From Planctomycetota bacterium (GTDB taxonomy: Bacteria; Planctomycetota; UBA1135; UBA2386), in contig JBKAGP010000001.1 in the NCBI GenBank assembly GCA_046290465.1, forward strand, positions 6,240,001-6,304,000: DNA of 64,000 bases, read 5' to 3'. A program made the translations under genes and the position numbers. Positions 10,201-19,671 of this stretch are shown here, in pieces. Under the pieces are notes generated by a model. That model saw nothing but the letters and a program-made list of their open reading frames with translations, ran no database searches and was not told the DNA's origin. Positions within the stretch are counted from its first letter, which is position 1; each line of letters starts with the position of its first letter.

Positions 10201-11368
10201 CACCCGCCAGGAGTTCGCGCAGGGGCTCGAGGCGGAGGTGGTCGCCTACGTGCTCGGCCCCGACGGCCGTCACGACCTGTCGCTGTCGCTGCGCACGACG
10301 CGTAGCACGCTGGCGCCGCTGCGGCTCGGCGACGTGACCGAGGTGCCGCAGGGGCTCGAGGACCTGCAGCTGCTGCCGGTGCTCGCGCCCGAGGGGTCGT
10401 TCGAGGAGCCGATGCCGCGCCGCACGCCGCCGCGCTTCACGTTCCGGCCGCAGCGCGCGACGCCGGTGCGCAACATGCCGGACATCCTGCTGCAGGACCG
10501 CGAACTCAACGTGCGCGAAGCGCGGGCGCTGCGCGCGTTCGCGGCCTCTTTGACGGACGCCGCCGCGCGCGCCTCGCTGGTGCACGACAGCGACCCGCTC
10601 GGCCTGCAGCGGCTCGACGTCTCGAACCTGCTGCCCGACGGCCTCGACGAGGTTCCGGGCGAGCACGCGCTGTTCGGCATCGACTTCTTCCAGGCGTGGA
10701 CGCTGTCGCGTCTGCTCGGCGTCGCCGTCGGCGACGATCCGGACCTGTTCCGGCTGCCGCTCGGCTGCGAACTGGAGCTCGCCGCGTTCGCCGACGCGAG
10801 CGTCGAGGCGTGCCACGGCGCGGCCGCGCACGGCGGTGCGGTCAGCATGCGCGCGTTCGACAGCTTCGCGCCGGCTGGCGGGACCTGGGGTGCCGAGGCC
10901 GGCAAGCAACTCGGCGACGTCGTGCCGACCGACTACGGCCGCGCGTTCGTCGGCCTCGACTTCTCGCTGCGCGAGTGGGTGCTCGACGTGCCGCACATGG
11001 CGGGCGCCGAGCTGCTGCTGCGCGAGTGGACCGGCGACCACACCGCGCACCTCTCGCGCATGCTCGCGATCGGTGCCGGCACCGCGGATCCGCAGCCCGA
11101 CCCGCTCGGCCTGCAGCAGCGCATCGGCGTCGTGCGCGGCCTCGGGTTCGGCGAGGGCGAGGGCGTGATCGGCCTCGAGGGCGAACGGCTGCGCTTCGGC
11201 AGCTTCGCGCAGCTGCCGGCCTACGTGCCGGGCGTGCTGCGGACCGAGCAGCTGCGTCGCGACGGCGAGGCGTTGCTCGGCGCCGGCCGCGACCGGCGGC
11301 TGCGCAAGGTCGGCATGCGCGTCGCGGGCAACGCCGAGGCACTGGCGCGACGATGGGGGTATCGATGA
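7247..11368 (+). CDS. Transmembrane Hanks-type Ser/Thr kinase with an N-terminal zinc ribbon, a large extracytoplasmic region and a C-terminal FGE-sulfatase-like domain
   Basis: CxxC...CxxC, LGRGGLG, VALK, HCDLSPRN, DFG and SAPE, then a TM helix. The C-terminal FRLPLGCELELAA and GLDFSLREWV resemble FGE motifs. Confidence 0.85.
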   Translation: MKICLSCEGVTDTQAQRCGNCNALLLPTDAVHYPARRGELDASNPLLGTVIDGTYRLQSVLGRGGLGTVFRAQHTGSLVTVALKLLHPRFAERPEYRRALLPEARRAATVVHERCARLLDVGEGDEGITYLAMELVEGQTLEEVLQDGPLPPAHALDLLLQVAAALSAVHDVGLVHCDLSPRNVMVTARTGRLEAKVLDFGIARSVNIAGRRSRQGELWGFANPAFSAPELLAGDDVDPRADLYSFGTLAWLMLTGSMPVDDSDRDRAVEAVREGRLLPWPGGAGVPKRLVRMIQRCLAFEPADRPASIGEVQRELALLRHGRGPTMARIAMFASALALVVALAVSEDPQPPFLRPQPGSALLVSEGPLARDAAVQDLRADQLGTIEFHYGGIAPDRLVAELARGGKALVRKRLEPTVDRAAGTLVLSAGQSAWQEVLSALSRTSRDGPVDLTFVVPGSAVLGAGRLRVDDVPPELDARFEDAAAGVHGHSRLLVDVRDDIGVARLEAVVRLPDESFVLPLPARSGAVSLGEAIAEHVGRIEPLGAGSVVVRARDFADNRRELPPLTFASADVAAPSVLQVTGPAGQRGLTRSGNRVRFRVQLSAGEPGLQLRCRHDGRELRLPMDVATGDRPVATSFDVAADELFGDASELELRLAAIDPAGNENERAFPVRVVDRSPAVLVQPGAGDASRPVAMVGQELVVGPDGGHFHVSVARSYDVAGAQVERDGRPLASAGVRIAPARDGAADVTLLALQPGAYTLWVELNERDDDRLEPVRRPLPVRVLPRQLEVQVPSSRARFLPQLVDAGVLALRGERDERVGEGSGWRYDPDLRPYLRGACYRDDRPGATVRATLGAVLPELPLQRGHNTLSLALVDALDRPVALVDENGEPLHKDGGRAVFASFWWNDERPSLVGERLLVEHDRPVRVRVRMPVPFGSEDRDRLRLGLGNGEWPAVAVETEAASSLLAFDVPFAVWSVAAQFGGRTRQEFAQGLEAEVVAYVLGPDGRHDLSLSLRTTRSTLAPLRLGDVTEVPQGLEDLQLLPVLAPEGSFEEPMPRRTPPRFTFRPQRATPVRNMPDILLQDRELNVREARALRAFAASLTDAAARASLVHDSDPLGLQRLDVSNLLPDGLDEVPGEHALFGIDFFQAWTLSRLLGVAVGDDPDLFRLPLGCELELAAFADASVEACHGAAAHGGAVSMRAFDSFAPAGGTWGAEAGKQLGDVVPTDYGRAFVGLDFSLREWVLDVPHMAGAELLLREWTGDHTAHLSRMLAIGAGTADPQPDPLGLQQRIGVVRGLGFGEGEGVIGLEGERLRFGSFAQLPAYVPGVLRTEQLRRDGEALLGAGRDRRLRKVGMRVAGNAEALARRWGYR

Positions 11369-12483
11369 CGGACCACGAACGCGCCGGCGCGGCGCTGCGG
11401 CTTTGGGGTTGCTGGTTGCTGTGGGTCGCCTGGTTCGCCCTGTTGGGCGGCTGCATGTCGACGACCGACGAACTGCGCGGGCTCGCCGAGCGGCCGCCGC
11501 TCGACCGCGCCGTGCTGGTCAGCGGCGGCGCGTTCTTCGCCGAGGACAGCGCCGAGCAGGGCACCTTCCGTCGGCCGGTCGATCCGGGCGACGCGGCGGC
11601 GCCGCCGGCCGACGAGGCGATCCCGTTCGCGTCGATCGTCGACGTGCTCGAACGCGGCGCCGTGTTCCAGCGGGTCGTCGCCGACCCCGACCCGTACCGG
11701 CGGCGCCTGCTGCGCGCGCAGCTCGACAACCGCGCGCCGGACCCCGGCATCAACGAGTTCCTGCGGCAGGCGCGCGAGGACGGCTTCGACCTGCTGCTGG
11801 TCATCGAAGAACTGCAGGACGGTCCGATCGAGAGCCAGGGCACCAACGGGCGCTGGCCGGTGACGTTCGCCACCTGGATCCTGCTCGGCGTCGGCATGTT
11901 CATCCCGGATCGCACCTTCGAGTCGACCGCGGCGCTGCGGCTGTCGTTCCGCGAGCTGCAGACCGGCCGCGAGATCGACAGCCTGCTGCTGGTGCCCGGA
12001 CCGATCGATCTGGCGCTGACCGAACGCACCGACGTGCTCGGCCTGCTGCTGTCGGTCGTCGTGCCGCCGTTCTGGATCGGCGACGACGTCGAGACCGTCA
12101 ACGAGTCGATCCGCGACACCACCCAGCGCCGCCTGCTGGTGTCGCTGGTGCGCGAACTGAAGAGCGAGGTGCGCCGTCGCCGCCTCGGCGAGCGCGAAGC
12201 GGCGACGTTCACATTCGAGCGCGGGCCGAGCGGGCCGCGCATCGTGGTCGACTCGCGCGAGACCCTCAGCGTGGTGCGGCTGGTCGGCGAACGGTTCGAC
12301 GACGAGCTCGCGGCGCATGCGTTCGCCGAGCGCCTGCTGGCGTCGCGCACCCTGCAGGCGGGCCGCTTCCGCTACCAGGCGACGCTGCCCGACGGCCTCG
12401 ACCGGGGCCGCTTCCAGGTGCGCGTCGGCACGCTGCGCGGCGGCATCGCGTCGTCGACGTTCCGCGTGGGGGCGCTGCGGTGA
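11365..12483 (+). CDS. Putative lipoprotein of unknown function
   Basis: ATGA overlap with the kinase stop. A hydrophobic signal ends in the lipobox LLGGC. Confidence 0.7.
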   Translation: MTDHERAGAALRLWGCWLLWVAWFALLGGCMSTTDELRGLAERPPLDRAVLVSGGAFFAEDSAEQGTFRRPVDPGDAAAPPADEAIPFASIVDVLERGAVFQRVVADPDPYRRRLLRAQLDNRAPDPGINEFLRQAREDGFDLLLVIEELQDGPIESQGTNGRWPVTFATWILLGVGMFIPDRTFESTAALRLSFRELQTGREIDSLLLVPGPIDLALTERTDVLGLLLSVVVPPFWIGDDVETVNESIRDTTQRRLLVSLVRELKSEVRRRRLGEREAATFTFERGPSGPRIVVDSRETLSVVRLVGERFDDELAAHAFAERLLASRTLQAGRFRYQATLPDGLDRGRFQVRVGTLRGGIASSTFRVGALR

Positions 12484-13364
12484 AGGTCCCGGCCGGTCTG
12501 CGCGTCGGGGTCTGCAGCCACACCGGCCTGCTGCGCGGCGCCAACGAGGACGATTACCTGCTGGCGACGCCGCCGCGCGTGGTCGGCGCCGCGTTCGTCG
12601 CCGCCGTCGCCGACGGCATGGGCGGGGCGGCTGGTGGCGCCGAGGCCAGCCGCACGGCGCTGCGTGCGCTCGGAGCCGTGCTGCTCGAGGGCGAGGTCGA
12701 CGGCGAGGCCGACGCGCGCATGCGCGATGGCTTCCTGCAGGCCAACGCGCGCGTGTTCGAGTCGGCGACGGCGGTGCCGGCGCTGCGCGACATGGGCACG
12801 ACGCTGACGGCGCTGTGGATCGGCGAGGGCGTCGGCGTCTGCGGCCACATCGGCGACTCCCGGCTCTACCGGATCCGTGGCGACGGCTGCGAGGTGCTGA
12901 CGGTCGACCACGCCGTCAAGCAGGGCGAGAGCCTGCTGACGCGCTGCATCGGCGGCGGCCAGATCGAGTGCGAGCCGGACGAGGACACGTTCGACGTGGT
13001 TGCCGGCGACCGCTTCGTGCTGTGCACCGACGGCGTCTGGAACGTCGTCGACCCCGACGACTTCGCCGCGCTCGCCCAGGAGCGCGACCCGCAGCAGTCG
13101 GCCGAACGGCTGGTGCGCCGCGCGCTCGACGAGGGAGGTCCGGACAACGCCACCGCCGTGGTCGTCGACGTCATCGACCCTCGCCTCAGCGAGAACCGCG
13201 AGGTCGACCTGCCGCGCCACGAACGCCCCGACGCGCGCTCGCTGTGGCCGCACGCCGGCTCGCTGGGCTCGCCGGTGTGGCCGTGGCTGCTGCTGGCGGT
13301 CGCCCTCGTCGTGTTGGCGTGGTCGGTGTTGCGGTGGCTCGGGGTCGAGTTCCGCGCCTGGTAG
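12480..13364 (+). CDS. PP2C-family Ser/Thr protein phosphatase
   Basis: Motifs R..NED, VADGMGG, MGTT, HIGDSR, LCTDG and GGPDNAT. C-terminal TM helix; GTGA overlap with the upstream stop. Confidence 0.93.
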   Translation: MKVPAGLRVGVCSHTGLLRGANEDDYLLATPPRVVGAAFVAAVADGMGGAAGGAEASRTALRALGAVLLEGEVDGEADARMRDGFLQANARVFESATAVPALRDMGTTLTALWIGEGVGVCGHIGDSRLYRIRGDGCEVLTVDHAVKQGESLLTRCIGGGQIECEPDEDTFDVVAGDRFVLCTDGVWNVVDPDDFAALAQERDPQQSAERLVRRALDEGGPDNATAVVVDVIDPRLSENREVDLPRHERPDARSLWPHAGSLGSPVWPWLLLAVALVVLAWSVLRWLGVEFRAW

Positions 13365-13427
13365 CGAGCGAGCTGCCGCGAGCCTCCGGCCGTTGACGGG
13401 CGCGGCGCGCGCTTCGACAATCCCGCC

Positions 13428-14258
13428 GTGGCACGATCGCGGAGCGGACGGAGTGGCGGCCTGCCGTCGAGCACGGTGGCGCTGCTGCCATGGCTGCTGG
13501 TCGCCTGCGCGCTGCAGGCGCCGCAGGCCGAGCAGGTCCTCGCCGACGGCGGCGCCGACGACCGCGCCAGCGCCGAGGCGCTCGAGGCGTTCCGCGCCGC
13601 TCCCGACGACCTCGACGCTGCGCTGCGGGCCGCGCGGGTGCTGTTCGCCGCCGCCGATCTGTCGGTGCAGCGCGCGTTGGTCGCCGCGATCGAAGCGCAG
13701 CCGCAGCCGGGCCTCGAGCAGGTGTTGGCGGTCGAGGAGCAGCTGCCCGAGGCGGCGCGCGAGCGCGTGTTGTCGCTGTCCGGTGCCGGCGCCGAGGCCG
13801 CCCAGGTGATCGTCGACGCGCGTCCCGACGACGTCGAGGCGAACGTGTTGCTCGCGCAGCATCTGTCGTTCGTCGCCTGGGCCAACGGGCCGATGCGCTC
13901 GTTGATGGCCGGCTACGGCGGCCGCATCGAGGCGGCGATGAAGCGCGCCCTGGCCGTCGACGCCAGCTGGGACCACGGCGCGCCGCTGCGCCTGCGCGGC
14001 CGGTTCCTGGCCGAAGCGCCGTGGCCGCTGCGCGATCGCGAGCAGAGCCTCGAGCTGCTGCAGCGGGCCGTGGCGACGCGCGCGATGCCGATCCATCACC
14101 TGTTCCTCGGCGACCTGCTGTTCGACCGCGGCGACCGCGACGGTGCGCTCGCGCAGTGGCGGCAGGCGGTCACAGCCGAGCCCGACGAGACCACCGCGGC
14201 CGTGGCGCCGTGGCACCGTCGGCTCGCCGAGCTGCGGGTCGAGGCCGCCCTGCGCTAG
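13428..14258 (+). CDS. TPR lipoprotein, TRAP transporter TatT (T-component)-like
   Basis: Lipobox LVAC and helical TPR-like repeats. The segment RALAVDASWDHGAPLRLRGRFLAEAPWP resembles TatT-like proteins. Start uncertain. Confidence 0.6.
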   Translation: MARSRSGRSGGLPSSTVALLPWLLVACALQAPQAEQVLADGGADDRASAEALEAFRAAPDDLDAALRAARVLFAAADLSVQRALVAAIEAQPQPGLEQVLAVEEQLPEAARERVLSLSGAGAEAAQVIVDARPDDVEANVLLAQHLSFVAWANGPMRSLMAGYGGRIEAAMKRALAVDASWDHGAPLRLRGRFLAEAPWPLRDREQSLELLQRAVATRAMPIHHLFLGDLLFDRGDRDGALAQWRQAVTAEPDETTAAVAPWHRRLAELRVEAALR

Positions 14259-14301
14259 GGCCTGCCGGTGGGGCGACGCCCGCGCGATCGGCGCCGCGCC
14301 A

Positions 14302-15354
14302 TCAACTCCAGCGCAGCAGCAGCAGTTCGCTGCAGAACCCAGGCCCCATCGCGAGCATCACGCCGACGTCGCCGGGGTCGCCCGGCCGCTGCCGCAGCGT
14401 CTCGGCGAGGATCATCAGCACCGACGAACTCGACAGGTTGCCGGCGCGTGCCAGGCTCTGCCAGCTGATCGCCAGCGCGTCGTCGTCCAGGCCGAGGCCT
14501 TCCTGCAGCCCGCGCAGCACCTTCGGGCCGCCCGGGTGCGCGATCCAGCGCTGCACATCGGCGCGGCTCAGGTCGCGCTCCGCGAGGAAGGCGTCGACGT
14601 CCTTCGGCACCCGCTCGCGTGCGACCGTCGGCACCTCGGCGGACAGCACGATCCGGAAGCCGTGGGCGCCGATGTGCCATCCCATCATGTCCTCGGTGTC
14701 GGGGTAGAACACCGAGCGGGTGGCCTCGATGGTGGGGCCGGCGGCGTCGCGGCCGCTGCCGACCACGACCGCGGCGGCCGCGCCGTCGCCGAACAGGCCG
14801 ACGCTGATCAGGTTGGCGACCGAATGGTCGTCGGTCTGCAGCGTCAGCGAGCACAGTTCGACCGTCAGCACCAGCGCGACCGCGTCGGGGTCCGAGCGCA
14901 CGAAGTCGGCGGCGCGCGCGACGGCGGCCGCCCCGGCCACGCAGCCGAGGCCGAACATCGGCACGCGCCGCACGTCGCTGCGCAGCCCGAGGCGGCCGAC
15001 CAGCCGCGCGTCGACCGACGGGCTGGCAAGTCCGGTCACCGTCGAGAAGAAGATCGCATCGACCTCGTCGGGTCGCACGCCGGCGTCCTGCAGCGCCTTG
15101 AGGCAGGCCTCCTCACCCAGCTGCACGGCGCCACGCAGCCACGCCTGGTTGGCGTCGGTGAAGCCGTCGAGGTCGGCGTAGGCGTCGAGCGGCAGGGTCA
15201 GGTGGCGGCCGTCGATGCCGCAGTTGCGGTGCAGTTCGCGCAGGCGCTCGGCGCGACCTTCGGGCATGCCGAGCAGCGACACCAGCCGTTCGGAGATCTG
15301 TTCCTGGGGATACCATTCCGAAGGGAACGCGGTGGCGGCTGCGGCGATCTTCAC
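14302..15354 (-). CDS. Type III polyketide synthase (alkylresorcinol/alkylpyrone synthase-like)
   Basis: Cys-His-Asn triad in GLGCVAG, HPGG and GNLSS. Also VELCSL, LFGDGAAA and MGPGF. Confidence 0.93.
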   Translation of the reverse strand: MKIAAAATAFPSEWYPQEQISERLVSLLGMPEGRAERLRELHRNCGIDGRHLTLPLDAYADLDGFTDANQAWLRGAVQLGEEACLKALQDAGVRPDEVDAIFFSTVTGLASPSVDARLVGRLGLRSDVRRVPMFGLGCVAGAAAVARAADFVRSDPDAVALVLTVELCSLTLQTDDHSVANLISVGLFGDGAAAAVVVGSGRDAAGPTIEATRSVFYPDTEDMMGWHIGAHGFRIVLSAEVPTVARERVPKDVDAFLAERDLSRADVQRWIAHPGGPKVLRGLQEGLGLDDDALAISWQSLARAGNLSSSSVLMILAETLRQRPGDPGDVGVMLAMGPGFCSELLLLRWS

Positions 15355-15448
15355 TGGTTGGCCTTGGGCGACGAGTCGGTTGGTGCGGCACGCTGGGTGA
15401 CGAAGCGTTCGCCGGACCCGGATCGGCGCTGGTCTGCGGGAGCGCCCG

Positions 15449-16264
15449 CTACGCCTTAGGGCGTGGTCGCGGGGCGCACAACAGGCTATCGCATGGGCCG
15501 TTCGGGTGGCGACCGGTCACCGCGCCGGTTTCTGGAACAGGGTCGCTTCTGGAACAGGGCCGCTTTTGGAACAGGGCCGCGTAGCCGACCGCCGTGCTGC
15601 GGCTCTCGCGCAGCTCGATGGTCCACCGCCGCACCGTCGTGAGCAGGCGCGGCGCCTCGCCGACGATCTCGCGCTGGACCAGGCCGGCGCGCTGCGCCAT
15701 CGCCTCGAGCTCGCCGGGGCGCACGAACAGGCGCCAGTCGTGCGTGCGCCGGGGGATCAGCCCGAGGCCTTCGCCGAGCCAGATGGCCAGCAGGCGCGAG
15801 CGCAGCGTGCGGTCGATGGTGTTGACGAACAGGTGTCCGCCGACGCGCAGCACGCGCGCGGCCTCGGCCACCGCGCGTTCGGGCTCGGGCACGTGTTCGA
15901 CGACGTCCGCGAGCAGCGCGACGTCGGCACAGCCGTCGGCGAGCGGGGCCTGCAGCAACGTGCCGCAGGCCGGACGGAATGCATCGCCGTGGGCGCGCGC
16001 CTCCTGCTGGGCTTCGTGCAGCGCCTGCCGGGCGAGGTCGACGCCGACGACGCGCGCACCGAGGCGGGCGAGCGGCAGCGACAGCAGGCCACCGCCGCAA
16101 CCGAGGTCGACGACCTTCTGGCCGCGCCAGTCGTCGCCGAGCCAGCGCCGCAGCAGCCCGATGCGGAACGCGCTGACGCGGCGCAGCGAGGCGAACGCGC
16201 GGCAGCGTTGGTCCCACCAGCCTCGCTGGTCGAACAGGGTCAGGTCCTGGTGCGTTTGCGCCAC
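15449..16264 (-). CDS. UbiG-like SAM-dependent O-methyltransferase
   Basis: GAAGGAG RBS before GTG 16264. Motifs WWD, VVDLGCGGGLL, VEHV, NTIDRT and THDW..F..P.EL. Confidence 0.85.
   Translation of the reverse strand: MAQTHQDLTLFDQRGWWDQRCRAFASLRRVSAFRIGLLRRWLGDDWRGQKVVDLGCGGGLLSLPLARLGARVVGVDLARQALHEAQQEARAHGDAFRPACGTLLQAPLADGCADVALLADVVEHVPEPERAVAEAARVLRVGGHLFVNTIDRTLRSRLLAIWLGEGLGLIPRRTHDWRLFVRPGELEAMAQRAGLVQREIVGEAPRLLTTVRRWTIELRESRSTAVGYAALFQKRPCSRSDPVPETGAVTGRHPNGPCDSLLCAPRPRPKA
15530..15580. repeat. 17-bp tandem repeat (ttYtggaacagggYcgc), 3 copies, at the methyltransferase 3' end
   Basis: Copies at 15530, 15547 and 15564. Confidence 0.9.
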
Positions 16265-16299
16265 GGTCGCTAGGTCGGCTCCTTCGCGGGCGTCGTGTG

Positions 16300-16334
16300 C
16301 GGGGCGCACGGGGCACACGGGGCGCACGGGGCGC
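16300..16334. repeat. 9-bp tandem repeat (cggggcRca), about 4 copies, in a divergent intergenic region
   Basis: Copies at 16300, 16309, 16318 and 16327. Confidence 0.75.
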
Positions 16335-16454
16335 TGCCGCGCGTCAGGCTGGGTGGGGCTTGCATGGAGTTCGTCGACAGTAGACGCTCGGCGCGGCGCG
16401 CGCGCGAGGTGTCGGTCGGTTCCCGGGGCGGTCGCCCTGGCGGTCCGGCACGCG

Positions 16455-18467
16455 ATGGCGCGTCGGCGCCGACCCGTTGCTCCGATCGTGACCTTCCGAT
16501 CTCCGCTGACCCGACCCAGCTGGCTGCTGTTCGTCGCCGCCACGTTGGTGCTCGGCGCCGGGCTGCTGCTGCAGCGGGTCGACCCCGAGAACCGGGCGCT
16601 CAAGGTGCCGGACGGCCTCGCGGCGCGGCATCTCGCGGAGCTTCGTGCGGTCGTGGCCGACGACCCGATGCTGCTGGTCGCGTTTGTCACGGCCGGGGAC
16701 GGGCAGCTGGTCGACGACGACCGCCTTCGCCTGCAGGAGCTCGCGACCGAGCTGCAGGACCTCGCCGGGGTGCACGAGGCCGAGGTCGTCGAGGTCGCCG
16801 ACCCGGGCATCGCGCTGCTGCCGATCGCGCTGGTCGACGGCGGCGACGAACTCGACCCGTTCGTGACCGCGCGGGCCTGCGTCGAGCGGGCGCGGGCGGC
16901 GGCGCCGTCGACGCTCGAGGTGCTGGCGACCGGGTTGCCGTTGGTCGAGGGCACGATCGCGCGGCTGGTCGCGGGCGAACGCACCACCATCGTGCCGGTG
17001 CTGCTGTCGGTGCTGCTGCTCGCGGCGTGGCTCGCCTACCGACGGTTCGTGTTCGCCGCGGCGGTGCTGATCCCGGCGGTCTCTGCGATCGCCTGGACCG
17101 GTGGCGCGATCGCCTGGCTCGGCCACCGCCTCGACCCCGTGGCCGCGCTGCTCGATCCGGTGCTGCTGACCATCGGGGTGGCGGCGAGCGTGCACTTCGT
17201 CGAGGGCTTCCGGCGCGCGCGGAGCGCCGGCGAGGGCGTCGCGGACGCGCTGGCGACGGCGCACGCGCAGCTGCGGCGGCCGGCCTTCTGGGCGACCGGC
17301 ACGACGATGCTCGGGCTGCTGTCGCTGACCGTCAACGACACGCCGGCGGTCGTCGACTTCGGCGTGCGCGCCGCGCTCGGCGTGGCGCTGACGCACCTGT
17401 TCACGTTCACGCTGCTGCCGGCCTGGCTCGGAGGTCTGCTGCACGACGCGTCGCCGGTCGCCGCGGTGCGTGCGCGCGCCGTCGGTGCCGCCTGGGTGCG
17501 GCAGCTCGAACGGTTCCGCGTGGTGACGGTCGCGGTGGCGGCGGCGGCGATCGCCCTCGGCGCCTCGGGGCTCGGCAGCCTGCGCACCGAGAACGACCCG
17601 CTCGACCTGCTGCCCGAGAGCAACGCCGCGCGCGCCGACCACGACGCGCTGGCCGCGCGGCTCGGGGGCGTCGAGACGTTCCACGTGCTGGTGCGCGAGG
17701 CGAGCCCGGCGACCGATCCGAGCCGGCTGCTGCCGTTGCTGGCCGAGGTGCGCAACCAGGGAGACGTCGTCGGGCTGGCCGGGCCGGTCCAGCGCGGCGT
17801 CGAGGGCGATCTGGCCGCGCCGCTGCTGCTGCGGCCGTCGGGCAGCACCTCGCGCGCCGGCTCGTTCGCCGCGATCGAGCGCGTCGCCCGGCTGCTCGGC
17901 CTCGACGAGGTCGTCGCCGCCGGACGTTCGGTGCGCATCGCGCGCGACTCGGTGCTGTTGATGCATGGCCTGATGGGCAGCCTGTTGCTGTCGCTGCTGG
18001 TGCTGACCGCGGTGATGGCGATCGGGCTGCGTTCGCTGCGGCTGGCGCTGGCGGCGATGGTGCCCAACCTGCTGCCGTCGCTGTGGCTCTACGGCGGCCT
18101 CGGCCTCGCCGATCGACCGCTGTCGGTCGCGACCGCGATGATCGGCTGCACGATGCTCGGGCTGATCGTCGACAACACGCTGCACCTGCTGCACCACTAC
18201 CGCGCGGCGCGTCGCGAGGTCGGTTCGCGCGCGGCGATGACCGGCGCGCTCGATCGCTGCGGCCGCGCGATCTCGCTGTCGACGGTGGTGCTGATGCTCG
18301 GCTTCTCGACCACCACGATCAGCAGCCTGTCGACGACCAAGGAGTTCGGCCTGCTGGCCGCGGCGACCATCGCGATGGCCTGGTTCGGGACCGCGGTCCT
18401 GCTGCCGACGCTGCTGCTGTCGCGCGCCGAGCCGCGCGCGGCTGCGGGAGGTGCGGATGCGCACTGA
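16455..18467 (+). CDS. MMPL/RND-family lipid transporter
   Basis: Two repeats of TM bundle plus soluble loop. Motifs LLTIGVAASVHF, TTMLGLLSL, GLIVDNTLH and EFGLL. Start is 16455 or 16488. Confidence 0.85.
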   Translation: MARRRRPVAPIVTFRSPLTRPSWLLFVAATLVLGAGLLLQRVDPENRALKVPDGLAARHLAELRAVVADDPMLLVAFVTAGDGQLVDDDRLRLQELATELQDLAGVHEAEVVEVADPGIALLPIALVDGGDELDPFVTARACVERARAAAPSTLEVLATGLPLVEGTIARLVAGERTTIVPVLLSVLLLAAWLAYRRFVFAAAVLIPAVSAIAWTGGAIAWLGHRLDPVAALLDPVLLTIGVAASVHFVEGFRRARSAGEGVADALATAHAQLRRPAFWATGTTMLGLLSLTVNDTPAVVDFGVRAALGVALTHLFTFTLLPAWLGGLLHDASPVAAVRARAVGAAWVRQLERFRVVTVAVAAAAIALGASGLGSLRTENDPLDLLPESNAARADHDALAARLGGVETFHVLVREASPATDPSRLLPLLAEVRNQGDVVGLAGPVQRGVEGDLAAPLLLRPSGSTSRAGSFAAIERVARLLGLDEVVAAGRSVRIARDSVLLMHGLMGSLLLSLLVLTAVMAIGLRSLRLALAAMVPNLLPSLWLYGGLGLADRPLSVATAMIGCTMLGLIVDNTLHLLHHYRAARREVGSRAAMTGALDRCGRAISLSTVVLMLGFSTTTISSLSTTKEFGLLAAATIAMAWFGTAVLLPTLLLSRAEPRAAAGGADAH

Positions 18468-19671
18468 CGTGCTGGTCGTCGGCGCCGGTCCTGCCGGCAG
18501 CGCGCTCGCGCGGCAGCTGGCCGCGGGCGGCGTGCAGGTGCTGCTCGCCGAGCGCAAGCGGTTCCCGCGCGACAAGCCGTGCGGCGACTTCCTCAGTCCG
18601 CAGTGCCAGCCGCTGCTCGATCAGCTCGGGCTGCCTCGGCTGCTCGCCGACCTGGGCGCGCACCGCGTCGACGGCATGCGCCTGCACGACGGCACGAACG
18701 TCGCGCCGGGGGCCTTCCGGGCCGTCGCCGACGATGCGCCGGTCTGCGGCTTCGGGGTGCGACGTTCGGCCTTCGACGCCGCACTGCGCGAGGCCGCCAC
18801 CGACCAGGGCGTCGCCGTGCTAGAACGGCACGCGTTCGAGGCCCTGCGTCGCGACGGCGACGGCCGCATCTGCGGCGCTCGCCTGCGGGATGCCGACGGC
18901 CGGCCGGTCGAGGTCGAGGCGCGGTTCGTCGTTGGCGCCGACGGGGTGCACTCGCGGGTCGCGCGCGATCTCGGCGTGCAGCAACAGGAACGGTGGCTGC
19001 AGCAGTTCGCGCTGGTCGCGCACTTCGAAGGGGTGGCGCCGCTGCCGAGCGCCGAGGTCCACCTGCTCGAGGGCGGCTTCTTCGCGGCGACGACGGTCGA
19101 ACAAGGCCTGTTCGGCGTCAACCTGGTGCTGCCGCAGCCGGCGCTGCGCGCGCGCGGCGAGCGCAGCTGGGACGCGTTCGTGGCCGAACGGTTCGACGCC
19201 GCGCCGGCCATCGCCGCGCGCCTGTCGGCGGCCCGCCGCCTGGCACCGTGGCGCGGCATCGGGCCGTTTGCGTACCGCACGCGCACCCAGGCCGTGCCGG
19301 GGGCGGCGCTGGTCGGCGATGCGGCCGGCTACGTCGATCCGCTGACCGGCGAGGGCATCTACTTCGCGCTGTTCGGGGCGCGCGCGCTCGGCCGCGCGGT
19401 GCGGCGGGCGCTCGACCGACCGGGCGACGAACGGTCCGCGCTGCGCGCTTACTGCCGCGAACGGCAGCGCGAGCTGGGGCCGCGGTTGCGGGTCGCGCGG
19501 CTGCTGCAGCGCGGCCTGCGCTCGCCGTGGGTGGTGCGCCGCGTGGTCGCGGGCCTGCGCCGGTGGCCGGCGCTGGCCGACCTGGTCGTGACCATGAGCG
19601 GCGACACCGTGCACCCGCGGCAGCTGTGGCGGCCGGGCTTCTGGCGGGCCTTCCGGGAGGCGCGCGCATGA
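18457..19671 (+). CDS. FAD-dependent oxidoreductase/monooxygenase (geranylgeranyl reductase-like family)
   Basis: Motifs VVGAGPAG, FPRDKPCG, GADG..S and LVGDAAG.VDPLTGEGI. Confidence 0.9.
   Translation: MRTDVLVVGAGPAGSALARQLAAGGVQVLLAERKRFPRDKPCGDFLSPQCQPLLDQLGLPRLLADLGAHRVDGMRLHDGTNVAPGAFRAVADDAPVCGFGVRRSAFDAALREAATDQGVAVLERHAFEALRRDGDGRICGARLRDADGRPVEVEARFVVGADGVHSRVARDLGVQQQERWLQQFALVAHFEGVAPLPSAEVHLLEGGFFAATTVEQGLFGVNLVLPQPALRARGERSWDAFVAERFDAAPAIAARLSAARRLAPWRGIGPFAYRTRTQAVPGAALVGDAAGYVDPLTGEGIYFALFGARALGRAVRRALDRPGDERSALRAYCRERQRELGPRLRVARLLQRGLRSPWVVRRVVAGLRRWPALADLVVTMSGDTVHPRQLWRPGFWRAFREARA

Noticed and set aside
15449..16264. Housekeeping ubiG
   Set aside because: The context is a type III PKS cluster with no other ubi genes, so the symbol was withheld.
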